DNA of 64,000 nt, from contig OY762911.1 in the NCBI GenBank assembly GCA_963666565.1, forward strand, positions 192,001 through 256,000, written 5' to 3'. Source of the stretch: Thermoanaerobaculia bacterium (GTDB lineage Bacteria; Acidobacteriota; Thermoanaerobaculia; Multivoradales; Multivoraceae). Position numbers and translations under genes: made by a program. Each line of letters begins with the position of its first letter. Within the stretch, counting starts at the first letter, position 1. The notes beneath the pieces are model-generated. The model did not search any database and was not told where the DNA came from. It worked only from the letters and a program-made list of their open reading frames with translations. Shown piece after piece: positions 16,617 to 25,632 of the stretch.

Positions 16617-18245
16617 ATGGTCGTGGAGCCCAGCCACGCGGCGGCCGCCGGCGGCTTCATCCCCCCTCCAGCGCCGGGGGAGCGACCGACCGAGTACGCC
16701 GACCGAATCGGCGAGTACCACGTCGCCGGCAGGACGGAAGCGCACCGAAAGCAGCACGGGCTCTACCTGACGCCTGTCGCGGCGGCCGACTTCATGGCGG
16801 GTCAGATCCGGGCCGCAGGCGACCGCCTTCGGGTTCTGGATCCTGCTGCGGGCGCGGGCATCCTGTGCTGTGCGGCGGTCGAGGCGCTCGCGGGACGCGA
16901 CCGGCCACCGGGCCGGATCGAGCTGGTCGCCTACGAAGTGGACGCCGAGTTGATGGCGCCGCTGGAGGCGGTCCTCGGCTACCTCAAGGAATGGTGTCGC
17001 GACGAGCAAGGGATCAGGCTCGAAGCGCGAATCGAGTCAACGGACTTCGTGCTGGCGCACGCCGAGGCACTTCGGCGTGAAGACAGCCTGCTGCCCGGCA
17101 ACTCGGACGACCCGGAGTTCGACGTCGCCATCTCCAACCCGCCGTACTTCAAGATCAACAAGAGCGACCCGAGGGCGGTTCTCGCTTCAAGCGTAGTCCA
17201 CGGTCAGCCGAACATCTATGCCCTGTTCATGGCGGTCAGCGCGGCCCTGGTCCGTCCCGGCGGCGACTTCATTTCCATCACGCCCCGAAGCTTCACGTCC
17301 GGCCTCTACTTCCGGCGGTTCCGCAGGGTCTTCTTCAGCCTTGTTCGGCCCACCCTGGTGCATGCGTTCGGATCGCGCCGGGAGGCGTTTCAACGGGACG
17401 ATGTCCTTCAGGAAAACGTCATTCTCCACGGCGTTCGGCTGAACTCCCAGCCCCAAGATCGTCAGGCTCCCCTGGTGATCTCCAGCAGCCGTGGCGTTGG
17501 CGATCTGGATGACTCCAACCGGCGCACGACTCCGCTTCAAGCGGCCCTCGATCTCGACGACCGTGACCGCGTACTCCGACTTCCCGTCTCCGAGGAGGAC
17601 GCTCGCGTTCTTGACCTGGTCGACTCATGGCCGAACACCTTGGCCAGCCTTGGCCTCGCCATCTCTACCGGGCCCGTGGTCCCCTTCCGTGCGAGGGACC
17701 TGGTCGAGCGCGAAGGCCAGGTGCCCGAGTCGCACGTTCCCCTCCTCTGGATGAACCATGTGCAGCCAATGCAGGTCACCTGGCCATTGCATCGGCACAA
17801 GCCGGAGTACATCAAGCGTGAGGGCGCCGAGAAACTCCTCCTGTCGAACCGCAACTACGTTCTCCTGCGCCGCTTCACTGCGAAGGAGGAAGTTCGGAGG
17901 CTCTCGGCGGCGCCCTACGTGGCCCAGTCGATGCCCATTCCCCAAGTGGGCCTGGAGAACCACTTGAACTATGTCCACCGGCCGGCCGGCTCTCTCACCG
18001 ACGAAGAGGCATGGGGTCTGGCGGCGCTCTACAACAGCCGCCTGCTCGACACCTACTTCAGGTGCCTGAACGGGCACACCCAGGTGAACGCGACGGAGCT
18101 ACGCGCCATGCCGCTGCCCGCAAGGGACCTCATCGTCGAACTCGGCGAGCAAGTCCAGCAACTCGCCAACCCGATCGACCATCTCGACCCGCTGATAGCG
18201 GACATGCTGTCAGCCGACCTCCCTCGGAAGCGCACCGTTGGTTAG
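16617..18245 (+). CDS. Type II N6-adenine DNA methyltransferase, BsuBI/PstI-like (gamma class)
   Basis: Motif I LDPAAGAG before motif IV NPPY; TGPVVPFR, ENHLN, GHTQVNAT family motifs. Confidence 0.92.
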   Translation: MVVEPSHAAAAGGFIPPPAPGERPTEYADRIGEYHVAGRTEAHRKQHGLYLTPVAAADFMAGQIRAAGDRLRVLDPAAGAGILCCAAVEALAGRDRPPGRIELVAYEVDAELMAPLEAVLGYLKEWCRDEQGIRLEARIESTDFVLAHAEALRREDSLLPGNSDDPEFDVAISNPPYFKINKSDPRAVLASSVVHGQPNIYALFMAVSAALVRPGGDFISITPRSFTSGLYFRRFRRVFFSLVRPTLVHAFGSRREAFQRDDVLQENVILHGVRLNSQPQDRQAPLVISSSRGVGDLDDSNRRTTPLQAALDLDDRDRVLRLPVSEEDARVLDLVDSWPNTLASLGLAISTGPVVPFRARDLVEREGQVPESHVPLLWMNHVQPMQVTWPLHRHKPEYIKREGAEKLLLSNRNYVLLRRFTAKEEVRRLSAAPYVAQSMPIPQVGLENHLNYVHRPAGSLTDEEAWGLAALYNSRLLDTYFRCLNGHTQVNATELRAMPLPARDLIVELGEQVQQLANPIDHLDPLIADMLSADLPRKRTVG

Positions 18246-19203
18246 TATTGAGGAAGCGCGCAGAATCCTCCGAGCCTTGGGGATGCCGTCACCGCAGTCG
18301 AATCGGATGGCCGGCCTGACTCTGCTTGCGCTGTGCGGGCTGGCGCCGGGCGGCTCCTGGTCGAACGCGTCCCGCAGCCGAAGGACGGTGACCAAGGGCA
18401 TCATGGACCACGCCCGCGACCACTTTGGCCAAGGCTACGCCCCAAACACCCGGGAGACGTTCCGCCGCCAGGTACTTCACCAGTTCGTGCTCGGGGGCAT
18501 CGCCGAGCACAACCCCTTCGAACCTGACCTGCCAACCAACAGTCCCCGCTCGCACTACGCCATCAGCGAGGCCGCGCTCCGGGTCGTCCAGTCCTTCGGC
18601 ACCCCGGAGTGGGAACGAAACGCGGTCGAGTTCCGCCGCGACCTCCCAGCTTGGCTCGCAGAGTACGAAGACTCGCGATCCCGGAATCTGGTCCCCATCC
18701 GCTTCCCCGACGGCCAGGAGGTGCGACTCTCGCCAGGCTCGCACAACGAGCTTCAGAAGGCAGTGATCGAGGACTTCGCTCCGCGCTTCGCCCCTGGCGC
18801 CCATGTGCTCTACCTCGGCGACACCGCCAGAAAGGACCTCCACGTCGACCAGCAGCGCCTGCTTGACGTCGGCCTCCCGCTCACGGAGCACGACAAACTG
18901 CCCGACATCGTCCTCCACGACCGTGCCCGCGACAGGCTGTTCCTAATCGAGGCCGTAACGTCACACGGTCCAGTCGACCGAAAGCGCCTCGCAGAGTTCG
19001 AGGGCCTCCTGCACTCCTGTCGCGCCAAGCCCGTCTACGTGAGCGCCTTCCCGGACTTCAACGAGTTCCGCAAGCACCTGACCTCCATTGCCTGGGAGAC
19101 CGACGTCTGGCTCGCCGAGGTGCCCGGCCACCTGATCCACTTCGACGGCGACAAGTTCCTGGATCCGGTGGTCCAGGATCAAGGAGCAAGCACAGGACGA
19201 TGA
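18238..19203 (+). CDS. BsuBI/PstI-family Type II restriction endonuclease
   Basis: YAPNTRETFRRQ, PTNSP, LSPGSHNELQKAVIEDFAPRF, KLPDIV, IEAVTSHGP, IAWETDVW. Confidence 0.93.
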   Translation: MVSIEEARRILRALGMPSPQSNRMAGLTLLALCGLAPGGSWSNASRSRRTVTKGIMDHARDHFGQGYAPNTRETFRRQVLHQFVLGGIAEHNPFEPDLPTNSPRSHYAISEAALRVVQSFGTPEWERNAVEFRRDLPAWLAEYEDSRSRNLVPIRFPDGQEVRLSPGSHNELQKAVIEDFAPRFAPGAHVLYLGDTARKDLHVDQQRLLDVGLPLTEHDKLPDIVLHDRARDRLFLIEAVTSHGPVDRKRLAEFEGLLHSCRAKPVYVSAFPDFNEFRKHLTSIAWETDVWLAEVPGHLIHFDGDKFLDPVVQDQGASTGR

Positions 19204-20051
19204 CGAACCTCGTAGCGCCGCCACCGTTCACGTTTCTCGTGCCTGAGTCCCGCCAGGAGCCGATCATCGTCGAACAGAGTCACTCCGCGCTGAGGATGGC
19301 GATCGTCGAGCGCTCCCAGGTGGCGGCCACCGTACGCGACTGGGCAACCTTGTCCGGAGTCTACGTGTTGATCTGCAACGCTGGCGAGGATGGTAAATGG
19401 CACGCCTACGTCGGCGAGGCGTCAGGAGGGCTGGGAAACCGACTGCGCACTCACAACTCCCAACGTCCTGACTGGAATCGGGCCCTGCTCGTCCACCGCG
19501 ACGCGACACGCGGCTTCACCTCTACCGAAGCCGCATGGCTGGAGGGTGAACTCCACGACCACCTCGGAAACGCCGCGAACGTCCGGCTCCAGAACAAGAA
19601 ACAGCCTAGGGACAGGACGCTTCCAAGGCACGATCAGGCTCCGCTTAGCACCGTCGTTGGAGTCGTGGTCGCGGTGCTGCGAGCAATCGGGTGCGATCTC
19701 GGGCCCCTCAGCGGGAAGGATCGGGCCATGGCCGAAGAACGGCTGGCACCGCAAGCGCGACGCCCCAAATCACCCAAGATCCAGCTTCGGGATCTCCTGG
19801 AACAGAACTTCACACCGCTTGGCACGGTCCTCGTGTCGGTGAGTCCATCGTGGCCGGCGACTGCGACGGTCCTTCCCGACGGCAGAATCGACTTTGGGGG
19901 AAGGGCCTACAAGACCCCTTCGGCCGCCGGCAAGGCGGCCCGGAAAGGGAAGGCGACGAACGGCTGGGACTTCTGGGCAGTTGAAACGCCGCAAGGCCTC
20001 GTACGACTCTCCGAGCTGCGCTCCCGGTGCGCCGAAGGTGCCGCCGTCTGA
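19200..20051 (+). CDS. GIY-YIG nuclease fused to C-terminal RAMA-like domain
   Basis: GVYVL...YVGEA...RLRTH...WLE...QN; C-terminal LRDLL...DGRI..GGRAYKTPSAAG...NGWDFW...LSELR; ATGA overlap with REase. Confidence 0.75.
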   Translation: MTNLVAPPPFTFLVPESRQEPIIVEQSHSALRMAIVERSQVAATVRDWATLSGVYVLICNAGEDGKWHAYVGEASGGLGNRLRTHNSQRPDWNRALLVHRDATRGFTSTEAAWLEGELHDHLGNAANVRLQNKKQPRDRTLPRHDQAPLSTVVGVVVAVLRAIGCDLGPLSGKDRAMAEERLAPQARRPKSPKIQLRDLLEQNFTPLGTVLVSVSPSWPATATVLPDGRIDFGGRAYKTPSAAGKAARKGKATNGWDFWAVETPQGLVRLSELRSRCAEGAAV

Positions 20052-20108
20052 TCCGCTCACGGACGCAACGGCAAACCAAGTCAGTGGGCACTGCCGCTGT
20101 CAGGGTAG

Positions 20109-20303
20109 CCGACGACGCCCAGCCAGCAGCGGGCCGGAGGAGGGGGTCCCTGCGGGCTGGAGGCAAGTGACTCCCGACGCCGTGCCCGAAGCCTCCGCCG
20201 ACGTGAAACGCAGCCGACCGAAGCGAGCACTTCCCTTTCATCTACTCAGAAAGTGCGAGCGTCCGCAGGGACCCCCTCCTTCGGCCCGCTGCTGGCGGGT
20301 GTC
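20109..20303 (-). repeat. Structured ~200-bp hairpin element, copy R (inverted relative to L)
   Basis: Outer stem 20122-20155 with 20263-20296 (33/34 complementary). Confidence 0.9.
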
Positions 20304-20320
20304 ACCAACGCCGCCATCCG

Positions 20321-20370
20321 GCCGCCGAAAGCGTCCAGAAACACGCGCCGGCCGAAGGCCGGCACCGCTT
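20321..20370 (+). repeat. Degenerate tail of REP family A
   Basis: GCCGAAAGCGTCCAGAAACACGCGCCGGCCGAAGGCCGGCACCGCT resembles ~16465-16516. Confidence 0.55.
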
Positions 20371-20731
20371 ACTCGTCGGCGTCGACGAACTCGATGACGG
20401 CGAGCTCGGCGGCGTCGCCCTTGCGGGGGCCGAGCTTGGTGATGCGAAGGTAGCCGCCGGGGCGGTCCGCGTAGCGGGGGGCGATCTCGTCGAAGAGCTT
20501 CTTCACGTGAGCGCGGTTGGGGAGCCAGCGGCGGACGAGGCGACGGGCGTGGACGGTGTCCTCGCGGCCGCGGGTGATCATCCTCTCGGCGACCGGCCGC
20601 AGGGCCTTGGCCTTGGCCAGCGTGGTCCGGATGCGGCCGTGCTCGACCAGCGACGCAAGCTGGTTGCGGAACATCGCCCGGCGGTGGGCCGTCGTCCGGC
20701 CGAGTTTCTTGTAGCCGATTCCGTGACGCAT
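20369..20731 (-). CDS. rplQ: 50S ribosomal protein L17
   Basis: MRHGIGYKKLGRTTAHRRA...RPGGYLRI. Confidence 0.98.
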   Translation of the reverse strand: MRHGIGYKKLGRTTAHRRAMFRNQLASLVEHGRIRTTLAKAKALRPVAERMITRGREDTVHARRLVRRWLPNRAHVKKLFDEIAPRYADRPGGYLRITKLGPRKGDAAELAVIEFVDADE

Positions 20732-20775
20732 CTTCGCTCCTTCCCGTGGAAGCTCGGAGACGGTGCGGCGGCCTC

Positions 20776-21765
20776 CTAGGCCTGCACCTCGCCGCTCTCC
20801 GCGTTCTCCGGAACCTCCATGCCGAAGGACAGTCCCATCTTGTCGAGCACCTCCTGGATTTCCTCCAGGGACTTCTGCCCGAAGTTCTTGGTCTCCAGCA
20901 TCTCCTTCTCGCTGCGCACCACCAGGTCCCCGACCGTGTTGATGTTGGCGTTCCTCAGGCAGTTCGCGGACCGGACGCTCAGCTCGAGTTCGTCGATCGC
21001 CTTCTGCAGCAGGACGCTCACGTCGCCGCCGTCGATCTCCTCCTCTTCCGCGACGTCCGCGACGAGGCTCTCCTCCGCGTTGATGAAGATCGTCAGGTGG
21101 TCGCGCAGCAAAGTGCCGGCGCGCGACACCGCCTCTTCGGGGGTGACCGTCCCGTCCGTCCAGACTTCCACGATCAGCCGCTCGTAGTCCGTGGTGCGGC
21201 CGAGTCGAGCCGCCTCCACCTGGTAGTTCACCCGCTTTACCGGACTGTGTACCGAGTCGAGCGGAATCCAGCCGATTCCCATCGACGGCTCGAGGTTGCG
21301 GTCCGCGCTGATGTAGCCGCGGCCGTTCCTGACCTGCGCCTCGATGCGGAGGCGGCCCCGTTCGTTGAGCGTCGCGACCTTGCTCGCCGCGTCCCGGATC
21401 TCGACGCTGGCGTCGGTGTCGAAGTCGCCCGCCGTCACTTCCCGCGGGCCGGTGACGTCCAGCGAGATCACACGGGGCGAGCCGTCGGAAGAACGCAGCG
21501 GCACCTGCTTCAGGTTCAGAATGATGTCCGTCACGTCCTCGACGACTCCTTCGATCGACGAGAACTCGTGCAGCGCGCCATCGATGCGCACCGCCGTGAT
21601 CGCGGGACCTTCGATCGCCGCCAGCAGACTGCGGCGCAGTGCGTTGCCGACCGTGGCGCCGAAGCCGCGTTCGAACGGCTGCGCCGAGAACTTTCCGTAG
21701 CTGTCGGTCAGGGTCTCAGTGTCGATTTCGACGCGCTTGGGGCGTTGGAATCCCTTCCAGAGCAT
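20776..21765 (-). CDS. rpoA: RNA polymerase alpha subunit
   Basis: PFERGFGATVGNALRR, LELSVRSANCL; ATG after AGGAG. Confidence 0.98.
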   Translation of the reverse strand: MLWKGFQRPKRVEIDTETLTDSYGKFSAQPFERGFGATVGNALRRSLLAAIEGPAITAVRIDGALHEFSSIEGVVEDVTDIILNLKQVPLRSSDGSPRVISLDVTGPREVTAGDFDTDASVEIRDAASKVATLNERGRLRIEAQVRNGRGYISADRNLEPSMGIGWIPLDSVHSPVKRVNYQVEAARLGRTTDYERLIVEVWTDGTVTPEEAVSRAGTLLRDHLTIFINAEESLVADVAEEEEIDGGDVSVLLQKAIDELELSVRSANCLRNANINTVGDLVVRSEKEMLETKNFGQKSLEEIQEVLDKMGLSFGMEVPENAESGEVQA

Positions 21766-21844
21766 GTTCACTCCTACGTATCTCGATTGCGTTCCAGGTG
21801 GAAACGTTGATCTCTTGCGAACTGTCGGGGCGGCGGCGCCGGCT

Positions 21845-22222
21845 TCAGACGCGGCGCCGCTTGCGGGGACGGCAGCCGTTGTGCGGAATCGGCGTGACGT
21901 CGCGAATCGAACGGATGCTGATGCCGGTCGCCTGCAGTGCCCGGACCGCGGACTCGCGGCCGCCGCCCGGCCCCTTGACCAGCACGTCGACCGTCCGCAC
22001 GCCCATGTCCTTGGCCTGGTAGCCGACCGCCTGGGCCGCCACCTGCGCCGCGAAGGGCGTTCCCTTGCGGGAACCCTTGAAGCCGTTGCGACCCGACGAC
22101 GACCACGTCAGGACGTTGCCGTCCGGATCCGCGATGCAGACCAGGGTGTTGTTGAAGGTCGCGTTGACGTGCGCCACCGCGTGGGGCACGACGCGCTTCT
22201 CCTTCTTCCTCGCCTTTGCCAT
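21845..22222 (-). CDS. rpsK: 30S ribosomal protein S11
   Basis: [29 protein letters not shown]. Confidence 0.98.
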   Translation of the reverse strand: MAKARKKEKRVVPHAVAHVNATFNNTLVCIADPDGNVLTWSSSGRNGFKGSRKGTPFAAQVAAQAVGYQAKDMGVRTVDVLVKGPGGGRESAVRALQATGISIRSIRDVTPIPHNGCRPRKRRRV

Positions 22223-22242
22223 CTGTCCTCTTCCCCTTCCCT

Positions 22243-22623
22243 CTACTTCTTGGCCTTCTTCTTGCCCGCGACGGTGGCCCGCCGCGGTCCCTTGCGGGTA
22301 CGCGCGTTGGTATGAGTGCGCTGGCCGCGAACGGGCAGGCTCTTGCGGTGCCTGACCCCGCGGTAGCTGCCGATTTCCATCAACCGCTTGATGCTCTGGG
22401 TGACTTCCTTGCGCAGGTCGCCCTCGACCGAGCCGGCGTCCTGGACAACCTGGCGAATGCGCCCGGTCTCGTCCTCCGTGAGGTCCTTGACCTTGATCGT
22501 CCCGTCCACGCCGGCCTGGCCCAGAAGCGCCTGGGCGCGGGAGCGCCCGATGCCGTAGATGTAGGTCAGGCCGATGCCGACCTGCTTGTTCTGCGGTAGA
22601 TCGATCCCCGCGATTCTCGCCAT
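22243..22623 (-). CDS. rpsM: 30S ribosomal protein S13
   Basis: [10 protein letters not shown]...[17 protein letters not shown]. Confidence 0.98.
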   Translation of the reverse strand: MARIAGIDLPQNKQVGIGLTYIYGIGRSRAQALLGQAGVDGTIKVKDLTEDETGRIRQVVQDAGSVEGDLRKEVTQSIKRLMEIGSYRGVRHRKSLPVRGQRTHTNARTRKGPRRATVAGKKKAKK

Positions 22624-22643
22624 GAGCCTTCTCCTGTTCCCCT

Positions 22644-22757
22644 TCAGCCCTGCCGCTGCTTGTGCTTGGGGTTTTCGCAGATGACGCGGATGACGCCGCG
22701 ACGCCTGACCACCTTGCACTTCACGCACATTCTCTTGACTGACGCTCGCACCTTCAT
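22644..22757 (-). CDS. rpmJ: 50S ribosomal protein L36 (zinc-binding C+ form)
   Basis: Manual translation [37 protein letters not shown]. Confidence 0.97.
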   Translation of the reverse strand: MKVRASVKRMCVKCKVVRRRGVIRVICENPKHKQRQG

Positions 22758-22789
22758 GATGAACCTCCTCTGAACGCCGACCGCGGCCG

Positions 22790-23011
22790 TCAGGTTCTCA
22801 GCCTGTACACGATCCGGCCGCGGCCAGGATCGTAGGGCGAAAGCTCGACCAGTACCCGGTCTCCCGGAAGAATGCGGATGAAGTGCTTGCGCATCTTGCC
22901 CGAGATGTGGGCCAGGGCTTGGTGCTTGTTGTCGAGCTCCACCTTGAAGACCGCGTTCGGCAGCGTCTCCACCACCATGGCCTCGACCTCGATCGCTTCT
23001 TCCTTCTTCAC
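22790..23011 (-). CDS. infA: Translation initiation factor IF-1
   Basis: [26 protein letters not shown]. Confidence 0.98.
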   Translation of the reverse strand: MKKEEAIEVEAMVVETLPNAVFKVELDNKHQALAHISGKMRKHFIRILPGDRVLVELSPYDPGRGRIVYRLRT

Positions 23012-23060
23012 GTCAGCGTTCCCTTCGTTCCCATCTGCCCTTCTCGCTCCAACTCTCGAT

Positions 23061-23621
23061 TCAGGCCGCCAGAGCGGCTTCGATCGAGGCCGTCACGTCC
23101 TCGATCGGCACATTGCCGTCGACCCGGCGCAACAACCCCAGGCCGTCGTAGCGGGCGATCAGGGGCTCGGTCTGCGCGGCGTAGACCTGCAGCCGCTCCC
23201 GCACGACTTCCTCCCGGTCGTCCGCGCCCCGGCCGCGAAGCACGATCCGGTGGATCAGCTCCTCGTCCGGCACGTCGATCGTCACGACATGGTCGATCTC
23301 GCGCCCGTCGAGAATATCCTGCAGCGTCTCGGCCTGCGGCGCCGTGCGCGGATAGCCGTCGAGCAGGAAGCCCGCGGCGGCATCCCGCTGGCCCAGCCTG
23401 TCCCGCACCACCTCGGCCATCAGGTCGTCGTCCACCAGCGCGCCCGAAGCCATCACGCCCTCGACGCGGCGGCCCAGTTCGCTGCCGGCGGCGACCGCCG
23501 CGCGCAGCATGTCGCCAGTGGAGATGGCGGGGATGCCGAGCGTCGCCGCCAGGCGCGCGGCCTGGGTGCCCTTGCCGCAGCCCGGCGCCCCGAGCAGCAC
23601 GATGCGCAGCGAATCAGCCAC
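23061..23621 (-). CDS. adk: Adenylate kinase, short (LID-less) form
   Basis: [26 protein letters not shown]; R-G-R-G-A-DD in place of the long LID. Confidence 0.95.
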   Translation of the reverse strand: MADSLRIVLLGAPGCGKGTQAARLAATLGIPAISTGDMLRAAVAAGSELGRRVEGVMASGALVDDDLMAEVVRDRLGQRDAAAGFLLDGYPRTAPQAETLQDILDGREIDHVVTIDVPDEELIHRIVLRGRGADDREEVVRERLQVYAAQTEPLIARYDGLGLLRRVDGNVPIEDVTASIEAALAA

Positions 23622-24999
23622 GGCGCCCCCGGATCCGGCCGCGCTTCATGAAGCCCTCGTAGTTCCGCATGACGAGCTGGCTCTCGATCTGCTGGAGCGT
23701 GTCCATCGCCACGCTGACCACGATGAGCAGCGAAGTGCCGCCGAAGTAGAAGTTGATCCCCATGCCCTCCGTCAACCAGAGCGGCGCGTAGTTGTCCAGC
23801 GTCGAGCCGACGAAGGGAATGCCCCCGACCTTGAAGCCCGCAATCATGAACTCGGGCAGGACGGAAACTCCCGCCAGGTACAGGGAGCCGACCAGGGTCA
23901 GGCGGGTCAGCACCCGGTCGATGTACTCCGAAGTCCGCCGGCCGGAGCGGATGCCGGGGATGAACCCGCCGTACTTCCGCATGTTCTCGGCCAGGTCGTT
24001 CGGGTTGAAGATGATCGAGACGTAGAAGTACGAGAAGAAGATGATCGCCGCGACGTAGAGCAGGTAGTAGACCGGCTGGCCCCACTGCATGGCGGCGGCG
24101 ACCTGCTGGATCGGCTCGTACTGGATCATCCCGGCGACCGTCGCCGGCACGGTGACGACGGAACTGGCGAAGATGACCGGAATCACGCCGCCCGTGTTCA
24201 CCCTCAGGGGAAGGTAGGTGCTCTGCCCGCCGTACTGCCTGCGGCCGACGATCCGCTTGGCGTACTGCACCGGAATCCGCCGCTGGGCCCGCTCCATGTA
24301 GACGATGAAGGCCACGACGACCAGCATGAAGACGGACAGCAGAAGGATCTTGATCAGTGACATCGCGCCGCTCTGGAGCTGGCCGAAGAGCCCCAGCACC
24401 GCGCCGGGCAGCCCGACCACGATGCCGGCGAAGATGATGAGCGAGATGCCGTTGCCGATCCCGCGCTCGCTGATCTGCTCGCCGAGCCACATGACGAAGG
24501 CGCAGCCGGTGGTGAGCGAGAGCACGGTGACGAACTTGAACCCGAGGCCCGGGTCGAGCACGAGGGGCGCGCCGCCGGGCGACGTCAGGTTCTCCAGGAA
24601 GAAAGCGATGCTCGTGCCCTGGATGATCGAGATGACGACCGTGCCGTAGCGCGTGTACTGGGTGATCTTGCGCCGGCCCATCTCGCCTTCCTTGGAGAGC
24701 TTCTCGAGATAGGGAACGACGACGGTCAACAGTTGCAGGATGATGGACGCCGAGATGTAGGGCATGATGCCGAGGGCGAAGAGCGCCACCCGGCCCAGGC
24801 TGCCGCCCGTAAAGGTGTTGACGAAGCCCAGCACGGTGCCCTGCATCTGGTCCATGAACTCGCTCAGGGCCTGGGGATCGATGCCCGGAGTCGGAATGAT
24901 GCAGCCGATGCGGTAGACCGCCAGCAGGCCGAACATGAACAGCAACCGGTTCCGGAGATCCGGAATCGCGAAGATGTTGCGAAAACTCTCGACGCCCAC
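23614..24999 (-). CDS. secY: Preprotein translocase SecY
   Basis: FALGIMPYISASII, GIGNGISLIIF, FIPGIRSG, GGTSLLIVV. Confidence 0.98.
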   Translation of the reverse strand: MGVESFRNIFAIPDLRNRLLFMFGLLAVYRIGCIIPTPGIDPQALSEFMDQMQGTVLGFVNTFTGGSLGRVALFALGIMPYISASIILQLLTVVVPYLEKLSKEGEMGRRKITQYTRYGTVVISIIQGTSIAFFLENLTSPGGAPLVLDPGLGFKFVTVLSLTTGCAFVMWLGEQISERGIGNGISLIIFAGIVVGLPGAVLGLFGQLQSGAMSLIKILLLSVFMLVVVAFIVYMERAQRRIPVQYAKRIVGRRQYGGQSTYLPLRVNTGGVIPVIFASSVVTVPATVAGMIQYEPIQQVAAAMQWGQPVYYLLYVAAIIFFSYFYVSIIFNPNDLAENMRKYGGFIPGIRSGRRTSEYIDRVLTRLTLVGSLYLAGVSVLPEFMIAGFKVGGIPFVGSTLDNYAPLWLTEGMGINFYFGGTSLLIVVSVAMDTLQQIESQLVMRNYEGFMKRGRIRGRRG

Positions 25000-25010
25000 G
25001 GCCCGCTCCC

Positions 25011-25445
25011 TCAGTCGATCGTTTCGCAGGCGCCGCCGGCGGCCTCGATCTTGGCCCGCGCGGAGGCGCTGAACCGGTGCGCCTTCACCGTCACCCCGGA
25101 CGGCGCGTCGCCGTCGCCGAGGACCTTCAGCTTCATGCCGCGCCGCACCCGGCCGCGCGAGACGAGGAGCTCGACGTCGATCGCGTCGCCGAGACCTTCC
25201 AGGTCGCCGACGTTGATCACCGTGTACTCGGTACGGAAGATGTTCGTGAACCCGCGCTTCGGAACGCGCCGGATCAGGGGCATCTGACCGCCCTCGAAGC
25301 CGGCGCGGCGCGAGAAGCCGGCACGCGAGCGCTGGCCCTTGTGGCCGCGCCCGGCGGTCTTGCCGGTTCCCGAACCCGGCCCGCGGCCGACCCGCTTGCG
25401 CGGGCGGCGGCTGGCCTTCGCCGGTCTGAGATCGTGCAGCTTCAT
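25011..25445 (-). CDS. rplO: 50S ribosomal protein L15
   Basis: RVGRGPGSGTGKTAGRGHKGQ, FEGGQMP. Confidence 0.98.
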   Translation of the reverse strand: MKLHDLRPAKASRRPRKRVGRGPGSGTGKTAGRGHKGQRSRAGFSRRAGFEGGQMPLIRRVPKRGFTNIFRTEYTVINVGDLEGLGDAIDVELLVSRGRVRRGMKLKVLGDGDAPSGVTVKAHRFSASARAKIEAAGGACETID

Positions 25446-25446
25446 T

Positions 25447-25632
25447 TCAATCCTCCAGGACCTGGACGAGATGCGGGATTTTCCGCACCATCCCGCGTAC
25501 CGCCTGGGTGTCCTCGCGCTCGACGACGTGCCGGATTCGCCTCAGACCCAGGCCGCGCAGGACCTCACGTTGCGGCCTCGGCCTCCCGATCGCGCTCCGC
25601 ACCTGCTGAATCCGTATCGTCTTGCCTGCCAC
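25447..25632 (-). CDS. rpmD: 50S ribosomal protein L30
   Basis: [12 protein letters not shown]...LGLRRI...[11 protein letters not shown]; GTG 25632 after GGAGG. Confidence 0.93.
   Translation of the reverse strand: MAGKTIRIQQVRSAIGRPRPQREVLRGLGLRRIRHVVEREDTQAVRGMVRKIPHLVQVLED

Larger units (their letters stand above)
16226..20303. mobile_element. Putative acquired defence cassette bounded by inverted structured repeats
   Basis: RM plus nuclease genes with visibly more A/T-ending codons between convergent core genes; no transposase/integrase and no clear target-site duplication. Confidence 0.5.

Noticed and set aside
16617-20051. No CTGCAG (PstI/BsuBI site) noticed inside the cassette
   Set aside because: Only about one site is expected in 3.4 kb, so absence is uninformative; the specificity is also unproven.
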